A stretch of 32,000 bases of DNA, taken from Mycoplasmoides pneumoniae FH. Its GTDB lineage: Bacteria > Bacillota_I > Bacilli_A > Mycoplasmatales > Mycoplasmoidaceae. Below are positions 1-10,187 of the stretch, in pieces. The notes under the pieces were generated by a model. The model ran no database searches, was not told the DNA's origin, and saw nothing but the letters and a program-made list of their open reading frames with translations. The DNA is taken from contig NZ_CP010546.1 of assembly GCF_001272835.1 (NCBI RefSeq), positions 482,809-514,808 of the forward strand. The letters run 5' to 3'. The stretch's first letter is position 1; each line of letters begins with the position of its first letter. Made by a program: the position numbers and the translations under genes.

Positions 1-473
1 TGGAACAATTAGCAATCCGTTTTCAATTTATTAAGGTCGAAAACCAGCTCGGTAAACAGTTAGGACAGGGTGAAGTCAACGGCATTCCCTTTCAACTAAT
101 AGTTGACAATCCCCAAACAGTCAACATCTTTAACCGGTTAACCAGGGTCAAAACAGCTTACAGTTTCGAACAGTTGGCAAGCCGATTTGTGGAGCTCGTG
201 CAACAGTACCATCAAGCAATGTATGACAAAGCCAAAGCAGTGGTACAGCAAAAGGTGGTGCAAGCCACTACTTTAAAGCAAATTGAACAAGCCTTTAATG
301 ACAAAAAGGCTGTTTTGTGTGCGGTTCGTTTAACCGATACATTAGAACAGCAATTAAAGGAACGGTACCAGGTCACGGTGCGCTGTTGCTTAGAGCAGCT
401 TCAAAAGCCCCAAATTTGTCCGTTTAGCGGTGAGTCAGCACAGGACTATGTCCTGATTGCGCGTGCCTATTAA
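1..473 (+). CDS. proS: Prolyl-tRNA synthetase, C-terminal part (truncated by window edge)
   Basis: Frame open from position 3 through ORF 174..473; C-terminus ...CPFSGESAQDYVLIARAY* resembles the archaeal-type ProRS C-terminus (ends in RAY); gene order proS-(3 ORFs)-acpP as in Mycoplasma genitalium. Confidence 0.75.
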   Translation, partial: EQLAIRFQFIKVENQLGKQLGQGEVNGIPFQLIVDNPQTVNIFNRLTRVKTAYSFEQLASRFVELVQQYHQAMYDKAKAVVQQKVVQATTLKQIEQAFNDKKAVLCAVRLTDTLEQQLKERYQVTVRCCLEQLQKPQICPFSGESAQDYVLIARAY

Positions 474-617
474 TAACTTTTTACGAAAACTTTTTGCTTA
501 AAAGCAAACCCTAAATGTAAAGGCTAAAAAGGTGGTTTTTATTTTCCACTTCTGGTCGTTTTTTGTCAATAAAATCAGTTAAACCTTTAAATTTTTTAAG
601 GTTTTTTTGATCTATTT

Positions 618-986
618 ATGAGTTTTAAAGTTAAAAACCAGAGTAAGCACCTATACTCTTTAATGACGAAATTTAAACGTTCGCAACTGATCTTGAAGCA
701 CCAAAGCAATAACTTTGCCTCAGAGTTGTGGAACGAAGAGGACATTATCCGCTCCAAGCAGTTTATCGAACTTATAGAAGACACGCTGCTCCACCTCAAG
801 AAGGATACGGTCGACTTTATTTACGACATCTTCATTTATGGGAAGAAGCCGTGTGATATTAGTTACTCCAATTCGACCTATTACAAAAAGTTAAACAAGG
901 CTGCAAATAGTTTTTTTGACCATTTTGTCTGGGAGGCTCCAATTTATAAGACAAAGGAGCTTAAAAATGACAATTCTCACAGTTAG
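618..986 (+). CDS. Conserved hypothetical mycoplasma protein (122 aa)
   Basis: ATG-TAG ORF of 122 aa, no internal UGA; overlaps the next ORF; syntenic position between proS and acpP. Confidence 0.7.
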   Translation: MSFKVKNQSKHLYSLMTKFKRSQLILKHQSNNFASELWNEEDIIRSKQFIELIEDTLLHLKKDTVDFIYDIFIYGKKPCDISYSNSTYYKKLNKAANSFFDHFVWEAPIYKTKELKNDNSHS

Positions 987-2006
987 ACAAATTCAAAATA
1001 ATTACTATACGGAATACTACATGGGTCCGGTTAGAAACTTTGCTGACAAAAAGGAAGTTTACTTTGATGCTAAGGTAAACAATATTGAAAGCAAAGTCAA
1101 CAAGGATAAAGCCTTGTTACACATAACCCTGGCGTTAAAGTACGACAGTAACTTTCCCAGTAATATGTTCCAAGCTCAGTTTAAACTGGGTAATTGAAGT
1201 AGTGAAAAGATTCCGCTGCAAAAAGCACCGGATAAAAATCCGATCTGGAAAATAAGATTCACTATTTTTATGCCACTTTGGAAGTGCCACGAACTGCCCT
1301 TATTAAACGGGAAATTAACCGCATTAGTGAGTATATTCGTGAAGAATTAACAATTGCTTTTCGCTTAAATGACAGTAGTGATCGCTACCATTGGAGTAAC
1401 TATAACCTGTTCGATACAGTGGCAGCTGATATGTACCAAACGGTCATTAAAGAAACCGTTACCTTTGGTAACATGATTAGACTAAACCAACTCGAGGGCG
1501 AGAAGGAAGGTAACATCCAACAAAGTGAACTTAAATATGGTTGAACGATGTTGGACTACCGCAATATGGGGCCGCTGGAAGAGGTTAATAATTTAATTAA
1601 TATTAAGTTTAACCAACCAGTAAAAGTGGTAAGTGTTGGTGTGACCGTAAGCTATACAGCGCCTGATGGTAAACGCCAAGAGCTCAAAGATCAAGCTGAA
1701 TACCAGCACACCCTCAACCCCAATGAAGAGTTCAAACTGAACTTTCCCAGACGGCTAAGCTTTAACAGGGTAACTAAAAAGTTGGACTTTGACCCCAATG
1801 GTAGTGCCGTGTTCCTACCACAGGGTGGCTTTGGTAGCTATGAGATCAAACTGGAGGCTAATGTCGGCAACCAGTTCTACACAATTGTGGCTACTAACAG
1901 CTTTGAGTACGCCCATCCGTTTGACGATCCCAAGACCAATGACTTCTTTCTGGTGCAGTACGCTCCAGTCTACAGTCTGTTTAACTTTAGCGATTTAATT
2001 CAGTAA
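967..2006 (+). CDS. Conserved hypothetical mycoplasma protein, apparently split by a frameshift near 1234-1238 (frame 1: 967..~1238; frame 0: ~1236..2006)
   Basis: ATG at 967; frame 1 reads through TGA(1195)=Trp as ...KLGNWSSEKIPLQKAPDKN; frame 0 is open only after TAA at 1233-1235 and continues ...SDLENKIHYFYATLEVPRTALIKREINRISEYI... through TGA=Trp to TAA at 2006. Confidence 0.6.
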
Positions 2007-2012
2007 TTGACC

Positions 2013-2606
2013 ATGATCTTCTCAATTAGTAAACGCAAGTTAATTTGTGGCTTTTCCCTAGTAGCCCTTACAATCGCTGGGATTGTTGGTGGGGTTTACT
2101 TAGTCACCAAAAACAATCAACAAACCACACCACAAACAAATCACTTTAATGTAGCTGAACCAGTCAACAAGGTCCCTAATTGGCGCAAACTAGGTCCAGA
2201 AACACAACGCGAACTGCGCGATCGTCTGTATCCCTTAGATGACACAGGTTACTTTATTTACAAGTACGGTGCCATTAGTCGCTACCTCCAAAGCCAAAAG
2301 GAACTGGATGAACTAGTCGATTACCGCACCGTGTTACCCTCCACCCAAAAGCACTTTAAGTATGATTCCTTTAACCAAAGCGTGTTGGAAAGTAAGCTGC
2401 GTAAGTGGTTAATGAAAGCCATTAAACAACACCCGTACTTTCAGCACTTTGAGTTTGATCCGGTGCTTAAAGCACAGTACAATATCAACATTCCTGCTCA
2501 AAAAATTACGGTGAATGCAGTTTGGTTTTACAAAAAGGATAATGATCTCACCACGGGCAAGCCAATCCGCTATTGGGATCAGTTTGAAATTAAACTAAAG
2601 CAGTAG
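2013..2606 (+). CDS. Hypothetical protein with N-terminal membrane anchor/signal segment
   Basis: ATG at 2013 (track starts at TTG 2007); N-term MIFSISKRKLICGFSLVALTIAGIVGGVYLV is a hydrophobic anchor. Confidence 0.75.
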   Translation: MIFSISKRKLICGFSLVALTIAGIVGGVYLVTKNNQQTTPQTNHFNVAEPVNKVPNWRKLGPETQRELRDRLYPLDDTGYFIYKYGAISRYLQSQKELDELVDYRTVLPSTQKHFKYDSFNQSVLESKLRKWLMKAIKQHPYFQHFEFDPVLKAQYNINIPAQKITVNAVWFYKKDNDLTTGKPIRYWDQFEIKLKQ

Positions 2607-2640
2607 TAATAAATCTTTATAATTCTTATTGGGTTTACCG

Positions 2641-2895
2641 ATGCAAGAGCGTGACATTCTTTTAAAAATTAAAGAGATCGCTAAGGCTAAAAACTTCAAA
2701 ACTGAGTTAGATGAAAGTGTGTTGCAAAAACCCTTTCGCGAACTGAAAATTGACTCACTTGATATGTTTAGCGTGATTGTCAGCTTAGAAAAGGAGTTTG
2801 ACATTATGTTTGAAGATGAAAAACTGATGCAGCTCAATAATCTCGCTGAGTTAATTGCTGAGGTAAAACACCTAATAAGTCAAAAAGGGGTATAG
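2641..2895 (+). CDS. acpP: Acyl carrier protein homolog (84 aa)
   Basis: ATG 2641; MQERDILLKIKEIAKAKNF...LKIDSLDMFSVIVSLEKEFDIMF... with DSL phosphopantetheine attachment motif. Confidence 0.9.
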   Translation: MQERDILLKIKEIAKAKNFKTELDESVLQKPFRELKIDSLDMFSVIVSLEKEFDIMFEDEKLMQLNNLAELIAEVKHLISQKGV

Positions 2896-2960
2896 TTCAA
2901 AGGTAGAACATCTGTCTTCAAAATAGAGTGTTGTGGGTTCGAGTCCTGCTACCCCTGCCA
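2886..2960 (+). tRNA. trnW: tRNA-Trp (anticodon UCA, reads UGA)
   Basis: Cloverleaf AGGGGTA-TA-GTTC(AAAGGTA)GAAC-A-TCTGT(CTTCAAA)ATAGA-GTGTT-GTGGG(TTCGAGT)CCTGC-TACCCCT-G-CCA; acceptor stem fully paired, encoded CCA. Confidence 0.93.
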
Positions 2961-2971
2961 TTAAAGATTTG

Positions 2972-3000
2972 GCCTAGTGTTGAATGACACTGGGCTTTTT
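2972..3000 (+). terminator. Hairpin plus T-run after tRNA-Trp, overlapping the 3' end of the convergent gene
   Basis: GCCTAGTGT ... ACACTGGGC followed by TTTTT. Confidence 0.6.
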
Positions 3001-5639
3001 TATTGCTTTGATTCAATCAATTCAAAGAAGTTGGCGTTTTCCTGATCACGGAAGGTGGTTTTCACGCGACGAATTTGCTTTACGTCAATGTTCCAGTGCT
3101 TACATTTTAATCATGGTGCAAAATCAGTTTTGTGTGTTTCTCACTGACTTCAGTTGTTTAAAACCACGGTAACTTGCTCGTTGTTGTTAGTGTTAGTAAA
3201 GGTGATGAAAACAGGTTCAAAGCCTTGTTTGTTAACCTTTAGTTTGGGTGGTACAGACTGCTTAATGTCGAGCACACCGGTTTGATCATCCACCGTTACT
3301 TAGGGCAACTCTACCACTGTTGCTGGCTTTTTGAGATAACCAAAACTCAAATAGCCCAAACTAGCAAAGGCTGAATTTTGTCAATCAAACCCAACAGTTG
3401 TTAAGATATTGCGCATGTATTCCACATTACCGTTCACTGAAAGGTGGGAAAATTTATCGGCAAAGTAAAACGACTTCTTTAAAAAATCAGTGTTAAACAG
3501 TTTGTTTTCATTAATATCAATCCCACTCACTTTAGCTAACTGTAAGAACAAACTCTTTTGGTCTAGTAAATGAACAAAGCTGCTGTAATTACTATCTTTA
3601 GGAATACCTTCGAGAAAATCGTTAAAGGTTTTTCAGTTCTTTTCAGAGCTTCGCAGTAAGCTAGATGGAGCAATGTTGGCTAAAACAACATGGGCTTGAG
3701 GACTTTGCGTATGTAACAGATCCAGTATTTGGGTAAGATTATGTTTGTATTGCTCGACTGTGTAAACCCCTTGCGCTAACTGGTTAATGTCATTAGTACC
3801 CAAATTAAGTACATAAACATCAATGTTGTTGTACTGCTTAAAGCGATGATTTTGCATGTACAACTCTAAGGAGGTGTTACTACCATTAATGGCACTGTTG
3901 ATCACTACATCACGGTAACGACCAAAGTCATTTTTCAAGCTTTGTTCCAACAGTTGTGGGGCACTACTGTATCCGTCAGTACCAACACCATGAGTCATCG
4001 AATCACCAATAAACAACCAGTTGGCTTGGGTTTTATCTTTTAAGAAATCAAAGATAGTTGGTGTGTTGTCTTTTTCTTTATTAATCCAACCGTTAATTAC
4101 CTGGTATGAACCTTGCCCGTCTGTCCTTGTAATTTGAAGTAGGTAGTTGAGTGGCTCATTTTCTTTTATATCAAGTGCTTTATGGATATATTTCCAGTAA
4201 AGAGATATGTCAATTTGTTTGTTAGTAATGGTACCGTTTCAACGCAAATAGCTGGTAGGACGTTTCTTAATATCTCTAGCGTTAAAGTCACTCGCAAACG
4301 AAAGCTGGTACTGCAGCCCATTAGGATTAACCTCTGTACTTTCAATTTCCAACTCTTTGGTTTTAGTCTTTCAAGTAACAGTAAAGGGATTGGAAGTAGT
4401 TACCAAATTAGCTTTAGCATTATTGAAAAAGTCCGTTTCTAAGTTGTAGTTGGGATCATCAAAATCAATCCTGTCATTAATGACATTGGTGTCATGGTAA
4501 TGGCCAAAGCTGTAGTAATTTTTTACATCAAACTGGGTTTCTTCATTAATTGGTATAGCTTCTAGTGATGGTTCTGTAACTTCCACTGGCAATGGTTCAG
4601 CGCCAGTAGCTTTTAACACTTGTGCTAACTGTTTACCAATCGCAAATTCTCCTTGCAAACTTAAGCTAACTTTGTCTTCACTCAAATAATTGCCGCTAAG
4701 TCAATCACTAGGTACAAAGTCACCTTCAAAGTGATCAACTACCTTAATTTTGGACGCAAAATTACGGTTTTGATCAGTTAATTGCTTAACGGTGGCTAAA
4801 GCGACAAAGTTAAGGACACTTAACTTCTCGTTAAAAGCTGAATCATTTGTTTTTCAGTGCAATTGCAAAATGAAAAAGTTGTCCTTTTCAGCCTTTTCAC
4901 CAACTTGCTTTTTAATGAGTGCGGTTAGATTATTGACAAACTCCTCGTAATAATCAACCCGCTCTGCATCCGCTTGGGAAGTGAGGTAAACTAGCGTACG
5001 TGGTTTGTAAATTGAAAGTACCCGTTCTTGAAAGCTCTCATTAATATCTTTCATAGTCTGCCCGGCAAAACCAAAGTTTGCTATCTTACCTTCAAACCGA
5101 GCACTAGCAAACACAAACTGATCGCTAAAATTAATGTCGCTGATAGTTTGTTTATCACTGTTTCATTCGCATAAAACATCAACCCGATCAACTTGTCCAG
5201 CTGGTCAGTTCGGGTTGGATCAAAAGCGCCAGTACTGGTCAAAGTAAGCGACAAAGTTACGCGCACCGTGTAGTCGAGCAAAGTCGCTAACTAATTCCTT
5301 ACCACCAGTTCAAGCAAAGCTTAAGGATGGGAGTTGGTACCTAATTTTGTTGTCATGTTCTTCACCATCCCTAGCATAAAAGTCCAATACCTTGCTTTGG
5401 AATTCACTACCCCAACTCGCTATTTCTGTTTTGCTAATGTTAGTTGGTAAATTTAAGGGTTCAATCTTTTGTTGATGGGTGGAGCTCGGTAGTTGGATGT
5501 TGATATTTTTCACAAAGAGTGGTGAAACATCACTCTGAGTGCCCATTAAAAAGAGGGTAAAGAAGGCACCAACACTTACACCACAACCAAAAAAGGCTAG
5601 AGAATTGAGTCAGTATCTGTACTTTGTGCGTTTTTTCAT
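3000..5639 (-). CDS. SGNH/GDSL-type esterase/lipase-like secreted or membrane-anchored protein (879 aa)
   Basis: Single frame through UGA codons joining the minus ORFs at 3633..4016, 4371..4685, 4854..5114 and 5310..5546; N-term MKKRTKYRYWLNSLAFFGCGVSVGAFFTLFLMG anchor; blocks FIGDSMTHG, LGTNDI and FSHLSVNGN match SGNH hydrolase motifs. Confidence 0.85.
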
Positions 5640-5866
5640 ATTGGTTTATTCCGGTTCATTAATGAGTTATTTTTATTGAATAACAGCAACTGCAACTTTA
5701 CCTGTTATTTAGCTATAACTAATTTTAAAACTTTGTAATTTTGAACCACATTTTTTTGAAAGAATTGGCAATCGGGATAAATTGCTATTTTGAAAAATTC
5801 AAAATTATTAAAATTAATCCCAAATGTTTTTTGGGTTTTCAAAAACTCTCTAATAACAAATAAACA

Positions 5867-8149
5867 ATGGTTATTAAGAAGGGTTTTTTCGCGTTATCAA
5901 GTTGCACATTAGGTCTAGGTCTTATTTTAACTGCATGTGGTGCTAGGGGTAAATTTGACCAAGTTGACGATGGTGTTATTAAGCTAGCTACTTCAATCCA
6001 AAATAAGGACAGTATCGCTGCTTTAAACACCATTTACAAGAAGTATAAGGAACGCCATCCAGGGAGTTATCCAGTTCAAAATTTTCAGGTTCCCGGTGGT
6101 TACAGTGGTTTACGGAACGACATTAGAACGCGTTTATCAGCTAAAGATGGCAACAACTTTTACAACATAGTACTCAACTATCCTGATGTTGTCTCCTCAT
6201 TGGCTACAAGTGACATGCAACTAATATTGGATAACGTTGACACCAAGCTCCTTTCGAAAAATTTCTTGAGCTTTAACGAGCGAATTGGTGGTGTACGACA
6301 AAAGGGGATTTATGCAATTCCCATTTCCCTTTCCACTGAATTAATGGTGCTCAACGGACCGGTATTGCACTATATTTTGAACAGTGCTAAGAAGAAGGAA
6401 AACGGTGCTCAAATGATTAAAAGATCAGGTAGTTTTTCCACTGTTCAAAAAGGTACCATGGCAATCGACATGAATGATCAAAAAACCAAAGATCTTTGAC
6501 AAAAAATCGAAAACGCTGCTAAGGCTAATGGTAAGACAACTAGCACTCAAACAAGTCCACAACCAAAAAACGCTGTTAGCTCACTCCAGCTAAAACAGGC
6601 AGCTGAAGGTACTAGCACTGATAATTCTCAGGATGCAGAAAATAGCGATAACGAAATCAAAAAGACTTGGGGTGAATACAAGGAAGAGGGTAACCACACA
6701 CTGAAGGGTTACACCTTTAAGGCTAGTGTCTTTGAAAACTGAAATGAACTATTAGACTTTTCCACGCGGGTAGCCAATTCGTTCCCAGACAAAATTAAAA
6801 ATCAAGCATCTAAGAAAGCTACCGAACTGCAAGGTGTCTTTGGGGTTGACAGCGTCTCTGGTGCTTTATTTTCCGCTACCTTTGCTGCTGGTGGTGGAGA
6901 CTATGATAAGTTCTTCTTTAATGTAAAGAATGGTCGGGGTAATTTTAGAAATTTACTCGAAAAGGGTAGTTCTTACAATAATCTGCAAAAGGTCTTTAAC
7001 GATTACAAGCAGTTAATTAGCTCTAACGGTTTGTACATTAATAAAGGTGGTGCTTATTCCAGTAACTTCTTAAAGTTTCACCAGTTAGCTTTTAGTGTGG
7101 GTTCCAGTTCTGGTTACAATTTTGCTTTTGCTGGTGAAAGCGCTAAACGCTTGGAATTTGGCCAGAAAGCAATCGAGTACCCACGTGACACTTACGAAAT
7201 TAAGGCACCTACAAATAGCCAAAATGGTAATGGTACCCTTCTAGGTAGTTTTACTAAAAGTAAAAGTAATGGCAAAGAACAAAGTGGGCAAGATGAGGAT
7301 AACCAGACCAGTGAAACGATTGAGCTTTACAAAAGCAGCGTTCCTAGTGGTAAAGAGGCGGGTAAAAATGCGCTTGCTATTACCAATCAACAACTAATTT
7401 CGGCTTTAGAAAATGCTGCAAAAGATAATAAAACCTCCCAACCACAAGCACGATCACTTACAGCTTCTGATCAAGTTCAAATTACACAAAGTTCAGATAA
7501 GGTTATTGGTTACATCACCACATCTAATTTGGACATTGACAACAACAATACCTTTGATGTTGGTAAGTTAAACGGTGATAAGTCAACCAGCAAAATCATT
7601 GTTAACGCTACTTTAAAAACCTTAAACAAGATCAACACCTTGCAAAGCGAAGAGGGCATTATTCTGCCCCATCCACAAAAATATAAGAGTACTGATCCAC
7701 AAGCTGTCGCTACCGTTCAGGGTCCAAGTATTATTGGTGTTCATGCTAACGCTAAGGAAAACGCTGAAACCCAAAAATTTATCAACTGGTTTATTAACCA
7801 AAAAGAAACTTGACCTGAAAATAGTAAGGGAAATAAGAATGGCCAAAATTGTCAAATGACCGCAGCACAATACTTTGCTAAGAGCTCTGGTTATGTTTTA
7901 CCTTACAGTGAAACGTTTACTAAACAAAGTGAAGACGAACACAGCAAAACTAAAGACGCTTATAAGATCTTGAAAGATGTAAACGATGGTAAGTTAGTTG
8001 GTTACAGTGATCCAAGTGATTTCCGTTCTGGTAAATTCCGTGACACAATTGTCGCTGCTTTTAGTGGTGCTGTAAGCTCTAAAGCTGACTTTAATAAGTT
8101 CTTTAAAGATTTTGAACAACAATTAGGTCAAGAATACAGAAGGGGTTAA
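5867..8149 (+). CDS. Lipoprotein of the MG185/MG260-like paralogous family (760 aa), resembles extracellular solute-binding proteins
   Basis: ATG 5867; lipobox LILTACG; fragments 5867..6499, 7031..7813 and 7856..8149 share one frame across TGA; contains VLNYPDVVSSLAT, GPSIIGVHANAKENAETQKFINWFI, and a C-terminal YFAKSSGYVLPYSE segment like solute-binding lipoproteins. Confidence 0.8.
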
Positions 8150-9817
8150 TCCCACTTCTCCCCCACCCTTTCCCGGTTCTCCACCGGGTTCAACCTCGCG
8201 GGGGCACTCCTTGACCAGGTGTTGGATTACGTGCCCTGGATTGGGAATGGGTACAGGTATGGGAAGAACCACCGGGGCGTGGATGATATAACCGCGCCTA
8301 AAACCGGCGCGGGGTCGTCCAGCGGAACTAGTACGAACACAAGTGGTTCGCGTTCCTTTCTCCCGACGTTCTCGAATGTCGGCGTTGGCCTCAAAGCCAA
8401 CGTCCAAGCCACGCTTGGTGGCAGTCAGACGACGACTACAGGCGGCTCCAAATGACCCACCCTCGACCAAGCCAACCTCCTGCTCTGAACCGGCGCGGGG
8501 TGAAGGAATGATAAGAACGGACAAAGTGACGAAAACCACACCACCTTTAAAAGCGCTACGGGCAGTGGGCAGCAGGGTGGTTCTTCAGGTACCTCCGCGG
8601 GCAACCCCGACTCGTTGAAGCAGGATAAGATTAGTAAGAGTGGGGATAGTTTAAGTGTTGTGGATACGGGTCAAGGCGACGACACCCATTATGCTAATTT
8701 GCCACCAAGTATCACCCCCACATCCGACTGACCGAACGCGCTGTCATTCACCAACAAGAACAACGCGCAGCGGGTGCAGCTGTTCCTCCGCGGCCTGTTG
8801 GACAGCATCCCGGTGTTGGTGAATAAGAGTGGCCAAGATGATAACAGTAAGTTTAAGGCGGAGCACCAAAAATGAAAGTACTCCGACTTAAAGTCGGACC
8901 AAACCAAACTGAACCTCCCCGCTTACGGTGAGGTGAATGGGCTGTTGAATCCGGCCTTAGTTGAAACCTATTTTGGCACGACACGAGCGGGTGGTTCGGG
9001 GAACCAAAACAGTACAACCGTCCCCGGTATCGGTTTTAAAATTCCCGAACAAAATAATGATTCAAAGGCTGTGCTGATCACCCCCGGGTTGGCTTGAACG
9101 CCCCAGGACGTTGGTAACCTCGTTGTCAGTGGCACCACGGTGAGCTTCCAGCTCGGCGGGTGGCTGGTCACCTTCACCGACTTTGTCAAACCCCGGTCGG
9201 GGTACCTCGGCTTGCAGTTAAAGGGCTTGGATGTGAGTGAAGCGACGCAACGGGAGTTAATTTGGGCCCCCCGGCCCTGAGCGGCCTTTCGTGGCAGTTG
9301 GGTCAACCGGCTGGGCCGGGTCGAGAGTGTGTGGGATTTCAAGGGGGTGTGGGCGGATCAAACTCACAGCGCGGTGTCCGAGTCGCAAGCAGCTACAAGT
9401 GGTACCACCACCGCAACAGGGGCTGCCTTACCGGAGCACCCGAATGCTTTGGCGTTTCAGGTGAGTGTGGTGGAAGCGAGTGCTTACAAGCCAAACACGA
9501 GCTCCGGCCAAACCCAATCCACTAACAGTTCCCCCTACCTGCATTTGATTAAACCTAAGAAAGTTACCCAATCCGACAAGTTAGACGACGATCTTAAAAA
9601 CCTGTTGGACCCCAACGAGGTTCGCGCCAGAATGCTCCAATCATTTGGTACAGAAAATTCCACCCAAGCCCAGCCCCAGTCGCTCAAAACAACGACACCG
9701 GTGTTTGGGGCCATGAGTGGTAACCTCGGCAGTGTGCTTAGTGGTGGGGGTACCACGCAGGGCTCAAGCTCAGGTCAATCTGGCGTGGATCTCTCCCCCG
9801 TTGAACGGGTGAGTGGG
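8150..9817 (+). repeat. RepMP2/3-type cassette homologous to the central/C-terminal part of cytadhesin P1; likely silent
   Basis: Frame 2 open directly after TAA 8147-8149: [53 protein letters not shown]...[22 protein letters not shown]...[15 protein letters not shown]...[26 protein letters not shown]...[13 protein letters not shown], recognisable as P1 sequence; GC-rich versus flanks. Confidence 0.92.
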
Positions 9818-9850
9818 TCACTAACTATTAATAGGAACTTTTCTTATTAA
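8150..9850 (+). pseudogene. P1-adhesin-like open frame within RepMP2/3, with no convincing start codon; short non-P1 tail [10 protein letters not shown]
   Basis: Continuous code-4 frame from 8150 to TAA 9850 with no in-frame ATG near the start, only GTG/TTG candidates (e.g. TTG 8219). Confidence 0.7.
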
Positions 9851-9914
9851 TAAGAACTTTTTTGAAAAAAGTTTTGAATTTATTTTGGTGTCTTTACTAA
9901 CTTAAAGCAATTTA

Positions 9915-10187
9915 GTGAACGAATACCCAAAAAGTATGAAATTAGTTAAATTAGCGAGTTTTCACCGCTTTTTAAAACAAGACCAATTGCAACTTGTTCC
10001 TTTGTTTAGTCCAAACTTTTTGCAAGTTTTATTGGCGCTTTTCAATAAACCGGTCAATTTATTTAGTGAAAACACAACAATGAAAACAAATAAAAAATAC
10101 GCCTTTGCGGTGTTACTAATGCAAGCTCAAGCTAAGCTCCCAAATTCATTTAAATTCTTTCTTTCAAAGAAAGGAGGTATGGCTTAA
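9915..10187 (+). CDS. Possible small ORF upstream of the DUF16 gene
   Basis: 90-aa frame (smaller ATG option MKTNKKYAFAVLLMQAQ...SKKGGMA) ending TAATG, overlapping the next start codon. Coding status uncertain. Confidence 0.35.
   Translation: MNEYPKSMKLVKLASFHRFLKQDQLQLVPLFSPNFLQVLLALFNKPVNLFSENTTMKTNKKYAFAVLLMQAQAKLPNSFKFFLSKKGGMA

Noticed and set aside
618-2606. The small ORFs after proS as a toxin-antitoxin pair
   Set aside because: No recognisable toxin or antitoxin fold or motif, and the position is conserved in mycoplasma gene order, indicating ordinary conserved genes.
5640-5866. Possible divergent regulatory RNA between the esterase and lipoprotein genes
   Set aside because: AT-rich 227-bp intergenic region with no stable fold or conserved riboswitch-like motif that I can support.
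8123-8539. 138-aa minus-strand ORF antisense to the P1-like cassette, and other minus ORFs at 12259..12930 and 14185..14502
   Set aside because: GC-rich antisense of P1/P40-like coding sequence; composition artefact without motifs or signals.
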